Part shown: positions 13,708 through 26,545 of the stretch, one piece after another
Layout: each line of letters starts with the position of its first letter
How positions within the stretch are numbered: position 1 is the first letter of the stretch
Origin: Eledone cirrhosa
Taxonomy: Eukaryota
Assembly (NCBI GenBank): GCA_964016885.1
Contig: OZ024742.1
Location: forward strand, 233,616,001-233,680,000
DNA: 64,000 bases
Reading direction: 5' to 3'
Made by a program: the position numbers and the translations under genes
The notes under the pieces: model-generated
Seen by the model: only the letters and a program-made list of their open reading frames with translations
The model's database searches: none
What the model was told of the DNA's origin: nothing

Positions 13708-14089
13708 TATATATTGGTAAACGGAATAGAAAATGCTGACAAATTGTTCACAGTGAAAAATAGTTTAATTAGGAATAAGTGAGAATTAGTAATTGTATTG
13801 GTTAGTATTCAGTTTTGGTTTTAAGTTTTACCGGTTGCGCATTTCTAATGCTTTTCAAAAATAATTTTGAGATAGAGCGTCCGTGATGTTTGCTCTGATC
13901 AGAGAAAACATCACGGACGCTCTATCTCAAAATTATTTTTGAAAAGCATTAGAAATGCGCAACCGGTAAAACTTAAAACCAAAACTGAATACTAACCAAT
14001 ACAATTACTAATTCTCACTTATTCCTAATTAAACTATTTTTCACTGTGAACAATTTGTCAGCATTTTCTATTCCGTTTACCAATATATA
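13708..14089. repeat. Loop-less 382-bp near-perfect palindrome
   Basis: Axis 13898/13899 (ctga|tcag); the only mismatch I saw is 13892 vs 13905. Confidence 0.95.
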
Positions 14090-14118
14090 ATAACTTGTGT
14101 GTTACACCTCTATTCTTT

Positions 14119-14163
<45 letters not shown>

Positions 14164-14167
<4 letters not shown>

Positions 14168-14345
14168 CAAAGGAATTGTGGTAAGGAACCAGATGGACCA
14201 TAACGCAACAGAGTACTCAATACTTAGGGTAGTAGAGTGGGAAATAGGAAAAAGTATGACCCCGACGGCAGAGCTCAAGCCGTTTCGTCCAGAAATAGCC
14301 GCCGAAACGGCTTGAGCTCTGCCGTCGGGGTCATACTTTTTCCTC
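14164..14345 (-). mobile_element. Family B fold-back element between (TA)n tracts
   Basis: Reverse complement of the 3385-3530 sequence, with its own hairpin 14243-14343 turning at a different point. Confidence 0.8.
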
Positions 14346-14393
14346 TATATATATATATATAGTACAAGATTAAAATAAACAAACACACAATTA

Positions 14394-14568
14394 AATGGTT
14401 TCTACGTTAGGCACAAGGCCAGCAATTATCCAGTACATTACTGGTACTTTATTTTATCGACCCCGTAAGGATGAAAGGCAAAGTTAACTTCGGAGGGATT
14501 TGAACTCAGAATGGCAAGGGCCGTAACTCTATGCGTCAAAGCATGGCGTCCGACCCTCTACCGATACT
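14394..14568 (-). mobile_element. tRNA-derived SINE, major family
   Basis: Reverse complement of 59433-59618. Confidence 0.88.
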
Positions 14569-14862
14569 AAATAATTATTAGTTACCCGCCTGCTGGAAAA
14601 GGAAAATGAATGCTTCAACGTATTGTGCCGAGGTGGTTGGAAGCGTCTGATTCTATTATTAGTAATGTTATATAGGTGCGGATCAGGTACATTATGTGTG
14701 TGGGTGTTGTTTTCCTGTTTTGCTTGTATGTGTGTCTGTGGATGTGTGTGTGTGTTTCTGTGTAAAACGTTAGAAAGCTTATCCCAAACCCTGTATCATA
14801 TATATATATATATATAAATATATATACATATATATATAGAGATATATATATATTTATATATA

Positions 14863-14940
14863 TATTATAAAATTAGTCCCTCATCAGCGACTTGCCAATG
14901 ATGGTTGGCAAGTCGCTGATGAGGGACTAATTGTATAATA
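14863..14940. repeat. Hairpin containing CTGATGAG, beside (TA)n
   Basis: aattagtccctcatcagcgacttgccaa tgatgg ttggcaagtcgctgatgagggactaatt. Confidence 0.85.
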
Positions 14941-15040
14941 TGTAGCCCATGTGCAGCCACGCAGTTTTCCTCTTTCTTCCCATGTTTTTTATACATATTT
15001 ATATATATATATATATATGATACATGATTTGGGATAAGTT

Positions 15041-15160
<120 letters not shown>

Positions 15161-15665
15161 AGGTAGTTATATGGGAGGCAATTGGTAGTAGCACTAACAC
15201 AGCGTTTTACATCATAGGTGTGTATATGAAAGCATGCATGATGTGTTTATGTATAATAAACATAGGAGAGTCTCGCTATGAATATTTCTAAAGACTGTGA
15301 TAATGTCACAGCTAACTCAGTAGCGGTGAGAATGCCAGATAGTTATTCCTGGATTCTTATCTGTCATGAGAGATATGTACTCACTTTTGAGTACATATAT
15401 TGAGTACAGCTATTGAGACAAAATGCCCTATATGGTTTTGCGCATGAAATAAGAATACTTATTTCTCTTTTCAATTTACAAGGAAATACGTAAATTGGAC
15501 ACGTTTACATGTATATACACAACGTATGTGTGCATATAAACACAGAGTGTATATTTACGCATATTTAAATCGATAATGAGATAAATTTAATATATATACT
15601 TCCACTATCCATCCATCTACATATCTGTCTCTCTACCTATCTATAGATATGTGTGTGCGTGTTTA

Positions 15666-15739
<74 letters not shown>

Positions 15740-15835
15740 CGCGTGTGTGTGTGTGTGTGTGCGCGTGTGTGTGTGATTTCACAGAAATATATGACACACA
15801 GGAACATATATGGTGAGTGAGATCATATCTGGGTT

Positions 15836-15889
<54 letters not shown>

Positions 15890-15953
15890 TACCTCTGCTT
15901 GTGCGTCATGGCTTAGCAGCTATATACGGATGTTTAAATTACTTAAATAAATA

Positions 15954-16031
<78 letters not shown>

Positions 16032-16260
16032 CTCTTTTACCTGTTCCAGCAATACGGCTAGATACAAATATATAACTCGATTTGCATTTAGAGAATTATA
16101 TATGAGAGTATATAACTACTAAATAGTTTTAGACAGAGCTCAATGTGTTTATGTAATACTGATCGGAAGAAATAAGAGATACTTTTAAGGGAAAAGGTAC
16201 AGAAGGTTAGTCATAAACAAAGAGCATATTATAAAGAAATGGAATAAAATTCTAAACTAG

Positions 16261-16377
<117 letters not shown>

Positions 16378-16470
16378 TAAGTTATTCCGGGTTGAATCGG
16401 AGGTAACCGCAGTAAGTAAGGTACTCAATACATAGCAGAGTATAAAAGTTTTAATATAAATGAGATTTTA

Positions 16471-16573
16471 ATATAGATGAGATTCTACAGGACTAGAACT
16501 GTTTCATTCTTTAGAAATCATCATGATTTCTAAAGAATGAAACAGTTCTAGTCCTGTAGAATCTCATCTATAT
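16471..16573. repeat. Hairpin whose axis cuts a hammerhead core; tail 16376-16470 related to 30962-31075
   Basis: Left arm read on the minus strand gives TGATGA tttc taaa gaat GAAA cagttc TA gtcc. Confidence 0.85.
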
Positions 16574-16732
16574 ATATATATAATATATATATATATATAT
16601 AATAGTTCCTTTGTTCTTTTTCATTAATATTTCTGCTCTGCTTATACGCATAGAGCTTAACTAGCTACCGTCGCATATTTGGTAGGTCAGGCGTGATCAT
16701 CGCGATTCACATACGACCTACCATACATCTTG

Positions 16733-16777
<45 letters not shown>

Positions 16778-16850
16778 CAGAGTTACTAACTCATATTGAT
16801 ACCCTGTAATTAACAAGCTCAAAGTATAAATACTGAGTATTATATAATAA

Positions 16851-17266
16851 TATATGTAGAAATAAACACAGTAAATTGTGTGTCTAAAATTACGAGGGTA
16901 GAAGTACCACATTGGTTTGATAAATTTAACCTGAAGCAAACGGAAGATATAGAATATATATACAGACTGTCTCAATAACTATTTCATCTCTCGGACAGAT
17001 TAGAGATTTAATCTGTTTCGCCCTGAAAATTGTGTTTGTAACAGATAATCCATAGGCTATCCTCAGCGAGAGACAAGATTAAATGGAACAAGCACATACA
17101 ACTAAAAGCCACACGAATGAATATCTCTAATCTGTCCGAGAGATGAAATAGTTATTGAGATGGTCTGTATATATATTATATATCTTCCGTTTGCTTCAGG
17201 TTATCAAACCAATGTGGTACTTCGTAATTTTAGACACACAATTTACTGTGTTTATTTCTACATATA
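16851..17266. repeat. Palindromic element (arms 16851-17007 and 17123-17266) carrying the complete hammerhead
   Basis: Arms are reverse complements with two small indels; ends in (TA)n. Confidence 0.9.
16982..17078 (-). ncRNA. Complete type I hammerhead ribozyme motif with extended stem III
   Basis: Minus strand: tcttgtctctcg CTGAGGA ta gcc...ggc GAAA cagatta aatctc taatctg TC / cgagagatgaaa. Stem I about 10 bp, stem III 7 bp, GUC cleavage triplet. Confidence 0.85.
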
Positions 17267-17281
17267 TATATATATATATAT

Positions 17282-17600
17282 ATATAACTTTGATAACTTT
17301 GATAGGTTTCGGCCAGTATTGGCCCAGGCCATGTCTAACTTAATAGCACCACTGGCGAAGTCTTTCAAATCAAGATTTGGACATCATGGCCGACTCAAGT
17401 AGAGAGTTATTGTTTACGGAGACATATCCGGGTGTAGCTGGTTTATCCGGAATTTCTTGAAGGAATTTGTCCAAAGACTTCTTAAACTTTGTGGGGTCTG
17501 TTTCTGTTTTAATGTGTTTTGGTGTAATTTTAAAGAGTGCGGAGCCAATTTAGGTCAAATAATTGTGCCGTATTGTTGTTATGAGATACGAGTGTATATA
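17282..17600 (-). mobile_element. 5'-truncated copy of the same CR1-group LINE
   Basis: Direct-repeat similarity to 18335-18605; encodes FKKSLDKFLQEIPDKPATPGY...NNSL. Confidence 0.85.
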
Positions 17601-17602
17601 TA

Positions 17603-17689
<87 letters not shown>

Positions 17690-17719
17690 CTGTGTGTGTT
17701 TGTGTGTTTGTGTGTGTGC

Positions 17720-17754
<35 letters not shown>

Positions 17755-17772
17755 CATGCGTGGGGGGGGGGT

Positions 17773-17850
<78 letters not shown>

Positions 17851-18140
17851 AGTACTGAAACGAAGACATCGTATAGGACCGAAAGGCCTTCGGTTGTTTT
17901 TTTTCACTCACTCAACGCTTTAATTAAGCCATTATCATTTAGATACTAACCAATGACTCGATGTTGCTGTGGTTAGACCATATTTGAAATCTTAAAGTAA
18001 ACTTCCACGAATAAACGAATTTGATAGATCCATGTTGCTTCCCTTTTGACGGCGCAACGGAAAAGGGTTAGGGTTAGGTGCATATCAACGTCACTTCTTA
18101 TACATGTGCGCATATATATATAATTACAACAGTGACATAA

Positions 18141-18190
18141 ACAGGTACTCAAGTTTCGTTGGGTTCTGGAGCCCAACTCATTCAGCCTGT
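18141..18190 (-). ncRNA. Hammerhead motif with 1-nt core insertion (CUGAAUGA)
   Basis: Minus strand: acagg CTGAATGA gttggg ctccagaa cccaac GAAA cttgag TA / cctgt. Perfect stems I (5 bp) and II (6 bp). Lies in the inverted repeat 18121-18254. Confidence 0.75.
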
Positions 18191-18334
18191 CGTAAGAAAA
18201 ATGCGAAACTTAAGCCAACGAAACTTAAGTACCTGTTTATGTCACTTGTAATTATTCATACTAAACACGTCCTATGGACTGAATGCCCTTACCCTTGGAT
18301 ATTTCTACCAAACCTTTACTACAGTATATATATC

Positions 18335-19135
18335 TATAACTTTGATAACTTTGTTAGGTTTCGGCCAGTATTTGCCCAAGCCATGTCTAACTTAATAGCG
18401 CCACCTGGCGAAGTTTTTCAAATCAAGATATGGACACCATGGCCTTCTCAAGTAGAGAGTTATTGTTTACGGAGACATATCCGTGTGTAGGAGGTTTGTC
18501 CGAGATTTCTTGGAAGAATTTGTACAAAGACCATTTGGATTTTATGGGGGTCTGTTTCTGTTTTAATGTATTTTGCTGTTGTGCCGTTATGCTGTTATGA
18601 GATGCGAGTTCGATTTGTGTTGTGGGCAGATAACATGCGGTCCAATCCTTAGGTCTACTTTAAAGATGATGCCAACATCATTTAGGCAATGTTGATGGAA
18701 TATTTTCCATACTATGCAGATAATGTAGCGCTCAGGGCGGTGTTGGAGAGAATAGAGTTTGAGCTTTTTCTAGTCGACCCAAATAGTCACGGCCTGTCAT
18801 GTCGTATATTTTTTTTTTTTTTTTTTTTTTTGTGATTGACCTTTGAGGTGCTTCAATTTTCATAATACTTTGTTTTGTGTGAAGAGACCACAGTGGGCAA
18901 CAGTATTTAAGTTGGGGTCGAGCAAAAGTAGAGAAGAATAATGGTGTGGATATTTCTCGACTGGAAAGTTCTGAGAATCCAGGAAGACATTCTGCGGGCC
19001 ATGTCAACTTTAGTGTTTATATGAAAGGCCCAGCTTATGTTATTATCAACAGTCACTCCTAAGTCTCTGATGTTGTTAGATGTCATGAGAGTTTCCCCCG
19101 AAGGAAGGGAATATGAGAGTTTCAGTGCATCCTCA
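18335..19135 (-). mobile_element. CR1-group LINE 3' fragment
   Basis: NIRDLGVTVDNN, FSTFARPQLKYCCPLWS...KIEAPQRSITKK...DYLGRLEK; tail repeat (atcaaagtt)n next to TA. Confidence 0.85.
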
Positions 19136-19168
19136 TTTATAAAGTAAATTAATTCAAATATATACGTG

Positions 19169-19221
<53 letters not shown>

Positions 19222-19225
19222 ATTT

Positions 19226-19262
<37 letters not shown>

Positions 19263-19349
19263 TGCATGTATGTATGTATGTATGTATGTATGGATGGATG
19301 TATGTATGTATGTATGTATGTATGTATGTATGTATGTATGTGTATATTT

Positions 19350-19380
<31 letters not shown>

Positions 19381-19536
19381 ATGGTAGAATACTGGAAGGT
19401 AATATCCGTAGTGGTAGAGCACTCAGTCCATGGGACGAGTTAGGTAGAAGTGGTTACACAACAGTTAGTTCACCATACCGAGAACAATTGTTTCATCTTA
19501 GCGGATGCTCAGCTCGTAATATTACGAGTGTAACCT

Positions 19537-19591
<55 letters not shown>

Positions 19592-19692
19592 CAAGGAGAA
19601 AACAAACAGAGGTACAAAAAGTCTTATTAGTTTCACGCTTTATATGGAAAAGAGGAAAGACAGTTAGTGTATATATATATATATATATACAT

Positions 19693-19747
<55 letters not shown>

Positions 19748-19810
19748 TTTTTTAATTCATATGTATCACATTCGCAACAACGCAGCACGCCATTTTTCAT
19801 ATATATATAT

Positions 19811-20430
19811 ATTTCGTTTCTGAATTTGTTTAGCAAGATTCTTTATCTGAAAACGTGTGTTGAAACCGATATTGTTATACTTTGGGAGGGTCATGTTTTG
19901 CCAATAAGAAACAAACGCACCAGTCGCTTTCACTCCAATTTATTATAAATTAAATTATAAATTTAAGAAATTTATAAATTTCCGGTTGGTTGGTTGGTTC
20001 CACAATCGGACGGTTGTTTATATATTGTCAAAGTTCTTTCGTCACACATTCTATGACCTCATCAGTGACCGGGGATTCTTTTCTTTGTTTTGTGCCTCTC
20101 CTTTATTCTGTCCTACGCCATCTTGTTTTGTGTGTGAACACACACAAAAACAAGATGGCGTAGGACAGAACACACATTATAAACAAGATGGCGTAGGACA
20201 GAACAAAGGAGAGGCACAAAACAAAGAAAAGAATCCCCGGTCACTGATGAGGTCATAGAATGTGTGACGAAAGAACTTTGACAATTTATGAACAACCGTC
20301 CGGTTGTGGAACCAACCAACCAACCGGAAATATATAAATTTCTTAAATTTATAATTTAATTTATAATAAATTGGAGTGAAAGCAACTGGTGCGTGTGTTT
20401 CTTATTGGCAACATGACCCTCCCAAAGTAT

Positions 20431-20438
<8 letters not shown>
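19811..20438. repeat. Family A palindromic element (inverted arms 19869-20135 and about 20140-20438); single-arm copy 2151-2454, degenerate copy about 56923-57052
   Basis: Reverse-complement arms of about 270 bp with several substitutions, a small duplication of caagatggcgtaggacagaaca at the axis, (TA)n on both sides. Confidence 0.9.
20240..20282 (+). ncRNA. Minimal hammerhead motif (mirror copy 20027-20069 -, family copy 2357-2399 -)
   Basis: gtca CTGATGA g gtcata gaatg tgtgac GAAA gaac TT / tgac. Confidence 0.7.
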
Positions 20439-20504
<66 letters not shown>

Positions 20505-20672
20505 GGGGTAACAAATAATAGTTATATGCAGTCCACTTAGGTATAGTCCAGTTATGGTATTCCGGTGTAGTGGATGATATCAACGCTTGGCTTGGTTTGA
20601 CTCAACAAGGCGTTTTCATAGTGATGCTGCGAGTATGCTGTAATTCCTATGTTGTAAACACTTGGAGTAATA

Positions 20673-21084
20673 ATAAATCAGGAAAGAAGATTGACATGGT
20701 TTGCTATACAAAAAAGGTTTTTAATCTCATTGCTGACAATTGCTTCTCTGAACTGGTAGGTCTAGAGATCGCTATTCGCTTGTTTTCACGTTACTCGATC
20801 GCCAATACAAAATTATAACCAGTCAGTTCTTCGGAGCATGCGAGAATGAAGAGAATATACAGGCATGAAAGGAATATACAGGCTACTATATGAAGTAGTA
20901 ATGTATATTCTCTTCATTCTCGCATACTCCGAAGAACTGACTGGTTATAATTTTGTATTGGCGATCGAGTAACGTGAAAACAAGCGAATAGCGATCTCTA
21001 GACCTACCAGTTCAGAGAAACAATTGTCAGCAATGAGATTAAAAACCTCTTTTGTATAGCAAACCATGTCAATCTTCTTTCCTG

Positions 21085-21090
<6 letters not shown>
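20673..21090. repeat. Palindromic element, arms about 187 bp, loop about 42 bp
   Basis: The same pseudo-peptide KSGKKIDMVCYTK... appears in ORFs on opposite strands. Confidence 0.92.
20925..21032 (+). ncRNA. Hammerhead-like motif with CCGAAGA core variant and about 80-nt stem II insert
   Basis: t(a/g)ct CCGAAGA actgactggt...accagttcaga GAAA caattg TC / agca; present in both arms of palindrome 20673-21090. Confidence 0.5.
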
Positions 21091-21147
<57 letters not shown>

Positions 21148-21150
<3 letters not shown>

Positions 21151-21264
21151 CGTAGAAATGTCCATAATCTCCAGCAGACAACTAATGAAGGGAAATTATC
21201 CCCCGCTCGTGCTTTCCTCTTATCTATAAATACACTTTGTTCACCAACTACACAGCCCATGTTT

Positions 21265-21268
<4 letters not shown>
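21148..21268 (+). mobile_element. Short (TA)n-flanked dispersed element; second copy 28881-28998
   Basis: tgcgtagaratgtcc...atctccagca...actratgaagggaaattatcc...cacagccc shared by both copies. Confidence 0.7.
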
Positions 21269-21326
<58 letters not shown>

Positions 21327-21432
21327 TATATAGTGTGTATATATATATAGTGTATATATATATTTATAGTATATATATATATATAGCGTATATATATATA
21401 TATAGTGTATATATATAGTATATATATATATA

Positions 21433-21511
<79 letters not shown>

Positions 21512-23399
21512 CATATATATATATATACATATACACACACTCATACGTATATGTCTGCCACTCTAATGTTTTTCGGTGAAAAGGGATAGATTAAGAAATC
21601 TCTAAATAAACAGTTTCTCAAGAATGTCTCATATACCGGGTTAATAAACAACTGTTAGCACCTCGTGTACTTTCATTGTTTTCTTCGTTTCTTTCATTTT
21701 ATTATTATGTTATTTGTTCTGTTCTTTTCTATCGTATTTGATCCTTCTTTACTATCTAACAATAGCCCAGCATGAGCATCGTCATAGCAAACACGCTGCG
21801 TGCATGTGTTTCAATGTGTTTGCCAGTTCGTGCATGTCTTTGTTCGTGTAGCACTCTGTTATATGCCGTCTCACTTTGTGTGTGGGGGGAGGGGATATGT
21901 GTATGTAAGGGGGTAGGGGTATGTGTGTGGGGAGGAGGGGTATGTGTGTGTTTCTGTCTGTTTTGTGTGGGTGTGTATGTGTGTGTGTGTGTGTGTGTGT
22001 GAGTGTTTGTATTTTGTGTGCGTGTTGGCGTGCGTGTGTGTTTTGTGTGCGTGTTTGTGTGTATGCCTCACTCTGTGTGTGTGTATGTTTTGTGTCTGTG
22101 TGGCTGTATATATGTGTGTGTGTGCCTGTTTGCATGCGTGTGTGTTTTGTGTGCGTGTTTGTGTGTATGCATCCCTTTCTGTGTGTGTGTGTGTGTGTGT
22201 GTTTGTGTGTGTATTTATGTGTGTGTGTGTGCTTGTGTGAGTGTTTTGTGTTTTGTGTGCATGTGTGAGCGTGCGTGTTTTGTGTGTACGTGTGTGTTTT
22301 GTATGCGTGCTTACGTGTATATGTCTGTGTGTGTGTGTGTGTATGTTTGAATGTGTCAGTGTGCGTGTTCATGCGTAGGTGTGTGCTTTGTGGGCATGCT
22401 TTTGTGTGTATGTCTGTGTGTGTGTATGTGAGGGTGTGTCAATGTGCGTGCTTGTCTATACGTGTGTGTTTTGTGTGCTTGCTTGTATGTAGGTGTGTGT
22501 TTTGTGTGCGTGCTTGTGTGTAGGTGTGTGTTTTGTGTGCCTGCTTCTGTGTACGTGGAGGTGTGTGTTTTGTGTCTAGGTGTGTGTGTGTACGTGTGCG
22601 CGCTTGCGTGTAGGTGTGAAAGACCGATGGGGGAGAAGCAGAGTGGTCCATTGAGAGGAGATTCAGATAAAGGAGTCTGAAAACAAAAGAGCGATAAAGA
22701 AAGATTGAAATGATAAAAGATAAAGAAATGAAATGAGAAAGGAGAAACAATGAAATAATTTTTTCTACTTTTGGCACAAGGCCAGCAATTACTCAGTACA
22801 TTACTGGTACTTTATTTTATCGACCTCGTAAGGATGAAAGGCAAAGTTAACCTTGGAGAAACAATGAAATAATAAACGGAAAAAATGAAACGAAATTTCA
22901 TTTTTCACTCTTAGTACGGCTGTTACTTAAATATAAGTATGTATACGTACATACATATATGTATACAGACATACAGTAGTATGTATATATACATACATGC
23001 ACACATATATATAATCCATACGTACATATATATATGTGTGCATGTATGTATATATATATATACATACTACTGTACGTCTGTATACATATATGTATGTACG
23101 TATACATATATATATAATTGTTTCTACTTTTGGCACAAGGCCAGCAATTACTCAGTGTATTACTGGTACTTTATTACACTGGGTATTTGCTGGCCTTGTG
23201 CCAAAAGTAGAAACAATTATATATGTATGTATATATATATACATACATATATAATGAAATAATATATTGAAATGAAAAACATCTATTTTACAATGATGAA
23301 ACAGACGTGTCAGAAAAAAACTCTCCATAGTGTTACTATATATACTACACGTAAATTATAAGGAATTATATATATGTATATTATATATATATATATATA

Positions 23400-23447
<48 letters not shown>

Positions 23448-23453
<6 letters not shown>

Positions 23454-23861
23454 GTTCGGTTTGTTTGTAAACAAACAGCCCGAATTAAGCCGTAAAGTGT
23501 TCGGCAACGATCGTCGCCCTTTTGTTCAACACTGACAAAGGAACGATGAACTAGTTTCAAGCTTATTAGCTATCGTCAGCATCGCATACCTTCCTGTCAG
23601 ATGATTGAACGTTTGAAAGTATATACTTTCCTTATGCATATTAACGGTCGAGCAGCCTAATTTGCATATCGAGTGAGTTAGTCGGCCGAGCGTACCGAAA
23701 ACGATCATCTGACAGGAAGGTATACGATACTGACGATAGCTAATAAGATTGAAACTAGTTCATCGTTCCTTTGTCAGTGTTGAACAAAAGGGCGACCTTG
23801 GTTGCCGAACACTGTACGGCTTAATTCGGGCTGTTTGTTTACAAACAAACCGAACATTATA
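23448..23861. repeat. Palindromic hammerhead element; family fragments span 22880-24204
   Basis: Arms 23448-23605 and 23704-23861; further small fold-backs of the same tail at 22938-23108 and 24107-24204. Confidence 0.9.
23543..23585 (-). ncRNA. Minimal hammerhead motif, same family as 56182-56224 (mirror copy at 23724-23766 +)
   Basis: Minus strand: gcgatg CTGACGA tagc taataa gctt GAAA ctag TT / catcgt. Confidence 0.75.
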
Positions 23862-23972
23862 ATAAATGTTCGGTAAACCCATACGTACAAATATATATGT
23901 GTGCATGTATGTATATATATACATACTACTGTACGTCTGTATACATATATGTATGTACGTATACATACATAT

Positions 23973-24093
<121 letters not shown>

Positions 24094-24198
24094 CATACAT
24101 TTAAGTATCAGCCGTACTAAGAGTGAGAAATTTCATTTCATTTCATTCTTTTCCATTTATATATATATATATAATTTCATTTCTCACTCTTAGTACGG

Positions 24199-24245
<47 letters not shown>

Positions 24246-24250
24246 CAATA

Positions 24251-24298
24251 TATATATACACAACATAAATCGGGTAATATATATTACCCGATTTATGT

Positions 24299-24310
<12 letters not shown>
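24251..24310. repeat. Perfect short palindrome inside (TA)n
   Basis: cacaacataaatcgggtaatat|atattacccgatttatgttgtg, axis 24280/24281. Confidence 0.9.
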
Positions 24311-24335
<25 letters not shown>

Positions 24336-24393
24336 CAAGGAGACAACATATATATATATATATATATATACAGTATATATATATATATATATT

Positions 24394-24433
<40 letters not shown>

Positions 24434-24544
24434 GTACATATGTGTGTGTGTGTGTATTCTTTAATATGGCTAAGTGATGAGTTACTCTGGTGTGTCACCT
24501 GTGTACTCACTTGATCATCAAAGAAAACTGTATGTATATACATC

Positions 24545-25205
24545 TGTGTGTGTGTATGTGTGTGTCTGTCTGTGTGTGTATCTGTGTGTGTCTGAATGTG
24601 CGTGTGTATGTATGTGTGTATGTGTTTGTGTATGTGTGTGTATGTATGTATGTATGTGTGTGTGTGTGTATATGTGTGCCTCTGTGTTTGTGTTAGTGTG
24701 TGTGTGTGTGTGTATGTGTGTTTGTGTGTGCCTGTATGTGTGTGTATGTCTGTCTGTGTGCGTCTGTGTTTGTGTGTGTGTGTCTGTGTGTGCGTCTGTG
24801 TCTATGTGTGTCTCTCTGTGTTTGTGTGTGTCTCTGTGTTTGTGTGTGCCTGTATGTATGTGTGTTTGTGTGTGTCTGTATGTGTGTGTCTCTGTGTTTG
24901 TGTGTGCCTGTATGTATGTGTGTGTATGTGTGTTTGTGTGTGTCTGTCTGTGTATGTGTGTGTGTATGTCTATGTGTGTCTCTGTGTTTGTGTGTGTCTG
25001 TATGTGTGTGTCCCTGTGTTTGTGTGTGCCTGTATGCATGTGTGTGTATGTGTGTGTGTGTGTGTGTCTATGTGTGTCTCTGTGTTTGTGTGTGTCTGTA
25101 TGTGTGTGTCTCTGTGTGTGTGTGTGTGTGTGCCTGTATGCATGTGTGTGTGTATATGTGTGTGTGTGCCTGTATACATGTGTGCCTGTATGTATGTGTG
25201 TGTGT
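24545..25205. repeat. Compound degenerate (GT)n microsatellite (similar tracts 21860-22615, 17605-17846, 26357-26780)
   Basis: Directly visible; source of the Cys/Val and His/Thr pseudo-ORFs. Confidence 0.95.
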
Positions 25206-25323
25206 AACCATGTAACAATGTTAACACTAAATCACACGGCTCTGTCTGAAATATTTCATTTCTGTAATAAATAACCGCACACGTAAAAAGTCTTGTCTAA
25301 AAGGCAATTCAGTTTTAATCATT

Positions 25324-25503
25324 AATTGTTTCTACTATTGGCACAAGGCCAGCAATTACCCAGTACATTACTGGTACTTCATTTTATCGACCCTGTAAGG
25401 ATGAAAGGCAAAATTAAACTCGGTGGGATTTGAACTCAGAATGGCAAGGGCTGTAACTCTATGCATCAAAGCATGGCGTCCGACCCTCTACCGATACTGC
25501 CAA
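25324..25503 (-). mobile_element. tRNA-derived SINE, major family (partial copies at 22757-22856 and as hairpin 23115-23220)
   Basis: Same consensus as 59433-59618. Confidence 0.88.
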
Positions 25504-25711
25504 TTATGATATACAGACACACACATGTGAACACTTATAAGTGTGTGCGTGTGTTTATATGTTTGCGTGTGTTTATGAATATGTTTGTGTGTATGTTTGT
25601 GTGTGTGTGTTTGTGTGTATGCTTGTGTGTGTTTATGCATGTATACTCACTTGCGTGTAAACATTAGCATGTTATGGTATGTGCAATCATTAAAGACAAG
25701 ATTTTTCCCTA

Positions 25712-26123
25712 TTTGTATCTTGATAGAGTTTTTTGTATCTTGATAGAGTTTTTTGTATCTTGATATAGTTTTTTGTATCTTGATATAGTTTTTTTCTATC
25801 TTGATACAGTTTTTTGTATCTTGATACAGTTTTTTGTATCTTGATACAGTTTTTTGTATCTTGATACAGTTTTTTGTGTTTTGATACAGTTTTTTTGTAT
25901 CTTGATACAGTTTTTTTGTGTCTTGATACAGTTTTTCTTGTATCTTGATACAGTTTTTTTGTATCTTGATACAGTTTTTTGTATCTTGATACAGTTTTTT
26001 GTATTTTGATACAGTTTTTTTTGTATCTTGATACAGTTTTTTGTATCTTGATACAGTTTTTTTGTATCTTGATACAGTTTTTTGTATCTTGATATAGTTT
26101 TTTGTATCTTGATATAGTTTTTT
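25712..26123 (+). repeat. 21-23-bp minisatellite, about 19 copies, unit T(n)GTATCTTGATACAG
   Basis: Each unit contains the mini-palindrome tgtatc tt gataca. Confidence 0.95.
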
Positions 26124-26371
26124 GGTTCCAAGTGAGAGAAGGAGAGTGACTTGTTGGTGGAAAAGTAAAGTAGATGAGACAATTGAGGCACAGAGACAGG
26201 CCTGGGAGAAATATAAGAAAGGGGGAAGCAGGGAACAAAAGGCAATTCAGTTTTAATCATTGATGATAATTTTAATGTTCAGAAAGTATCTCAATGTCTA
26301 CCATTCATGGCAGTTATTAGTGTGAAGTGAGTGTTAACCAACTCGGTAATTCTCCTCCCCTTTCCGGTGAC

Positions 26372-26474
<103 letters not shown>

Positions 26475-26502
26475 CATTCCCTTCACTTTCATACACACAC
26501 AC

Positions 26503-26545
<43 letters not shown>

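Noticed and set aside
18064-18078. AGGGTTAGGGTTAGG telomere-like sequence
   Set aside because: Only about 2.5 units; such short tracts are common inside dispersed repeats.
25690-26260. Lys-rich ORFs (KKLYQDTKNCIKIQKTVSRY) resembling a repetitive protein
   Set aside because: Read-through of a 21-23-bp minisatellite whose unit length varies without regard to frame.
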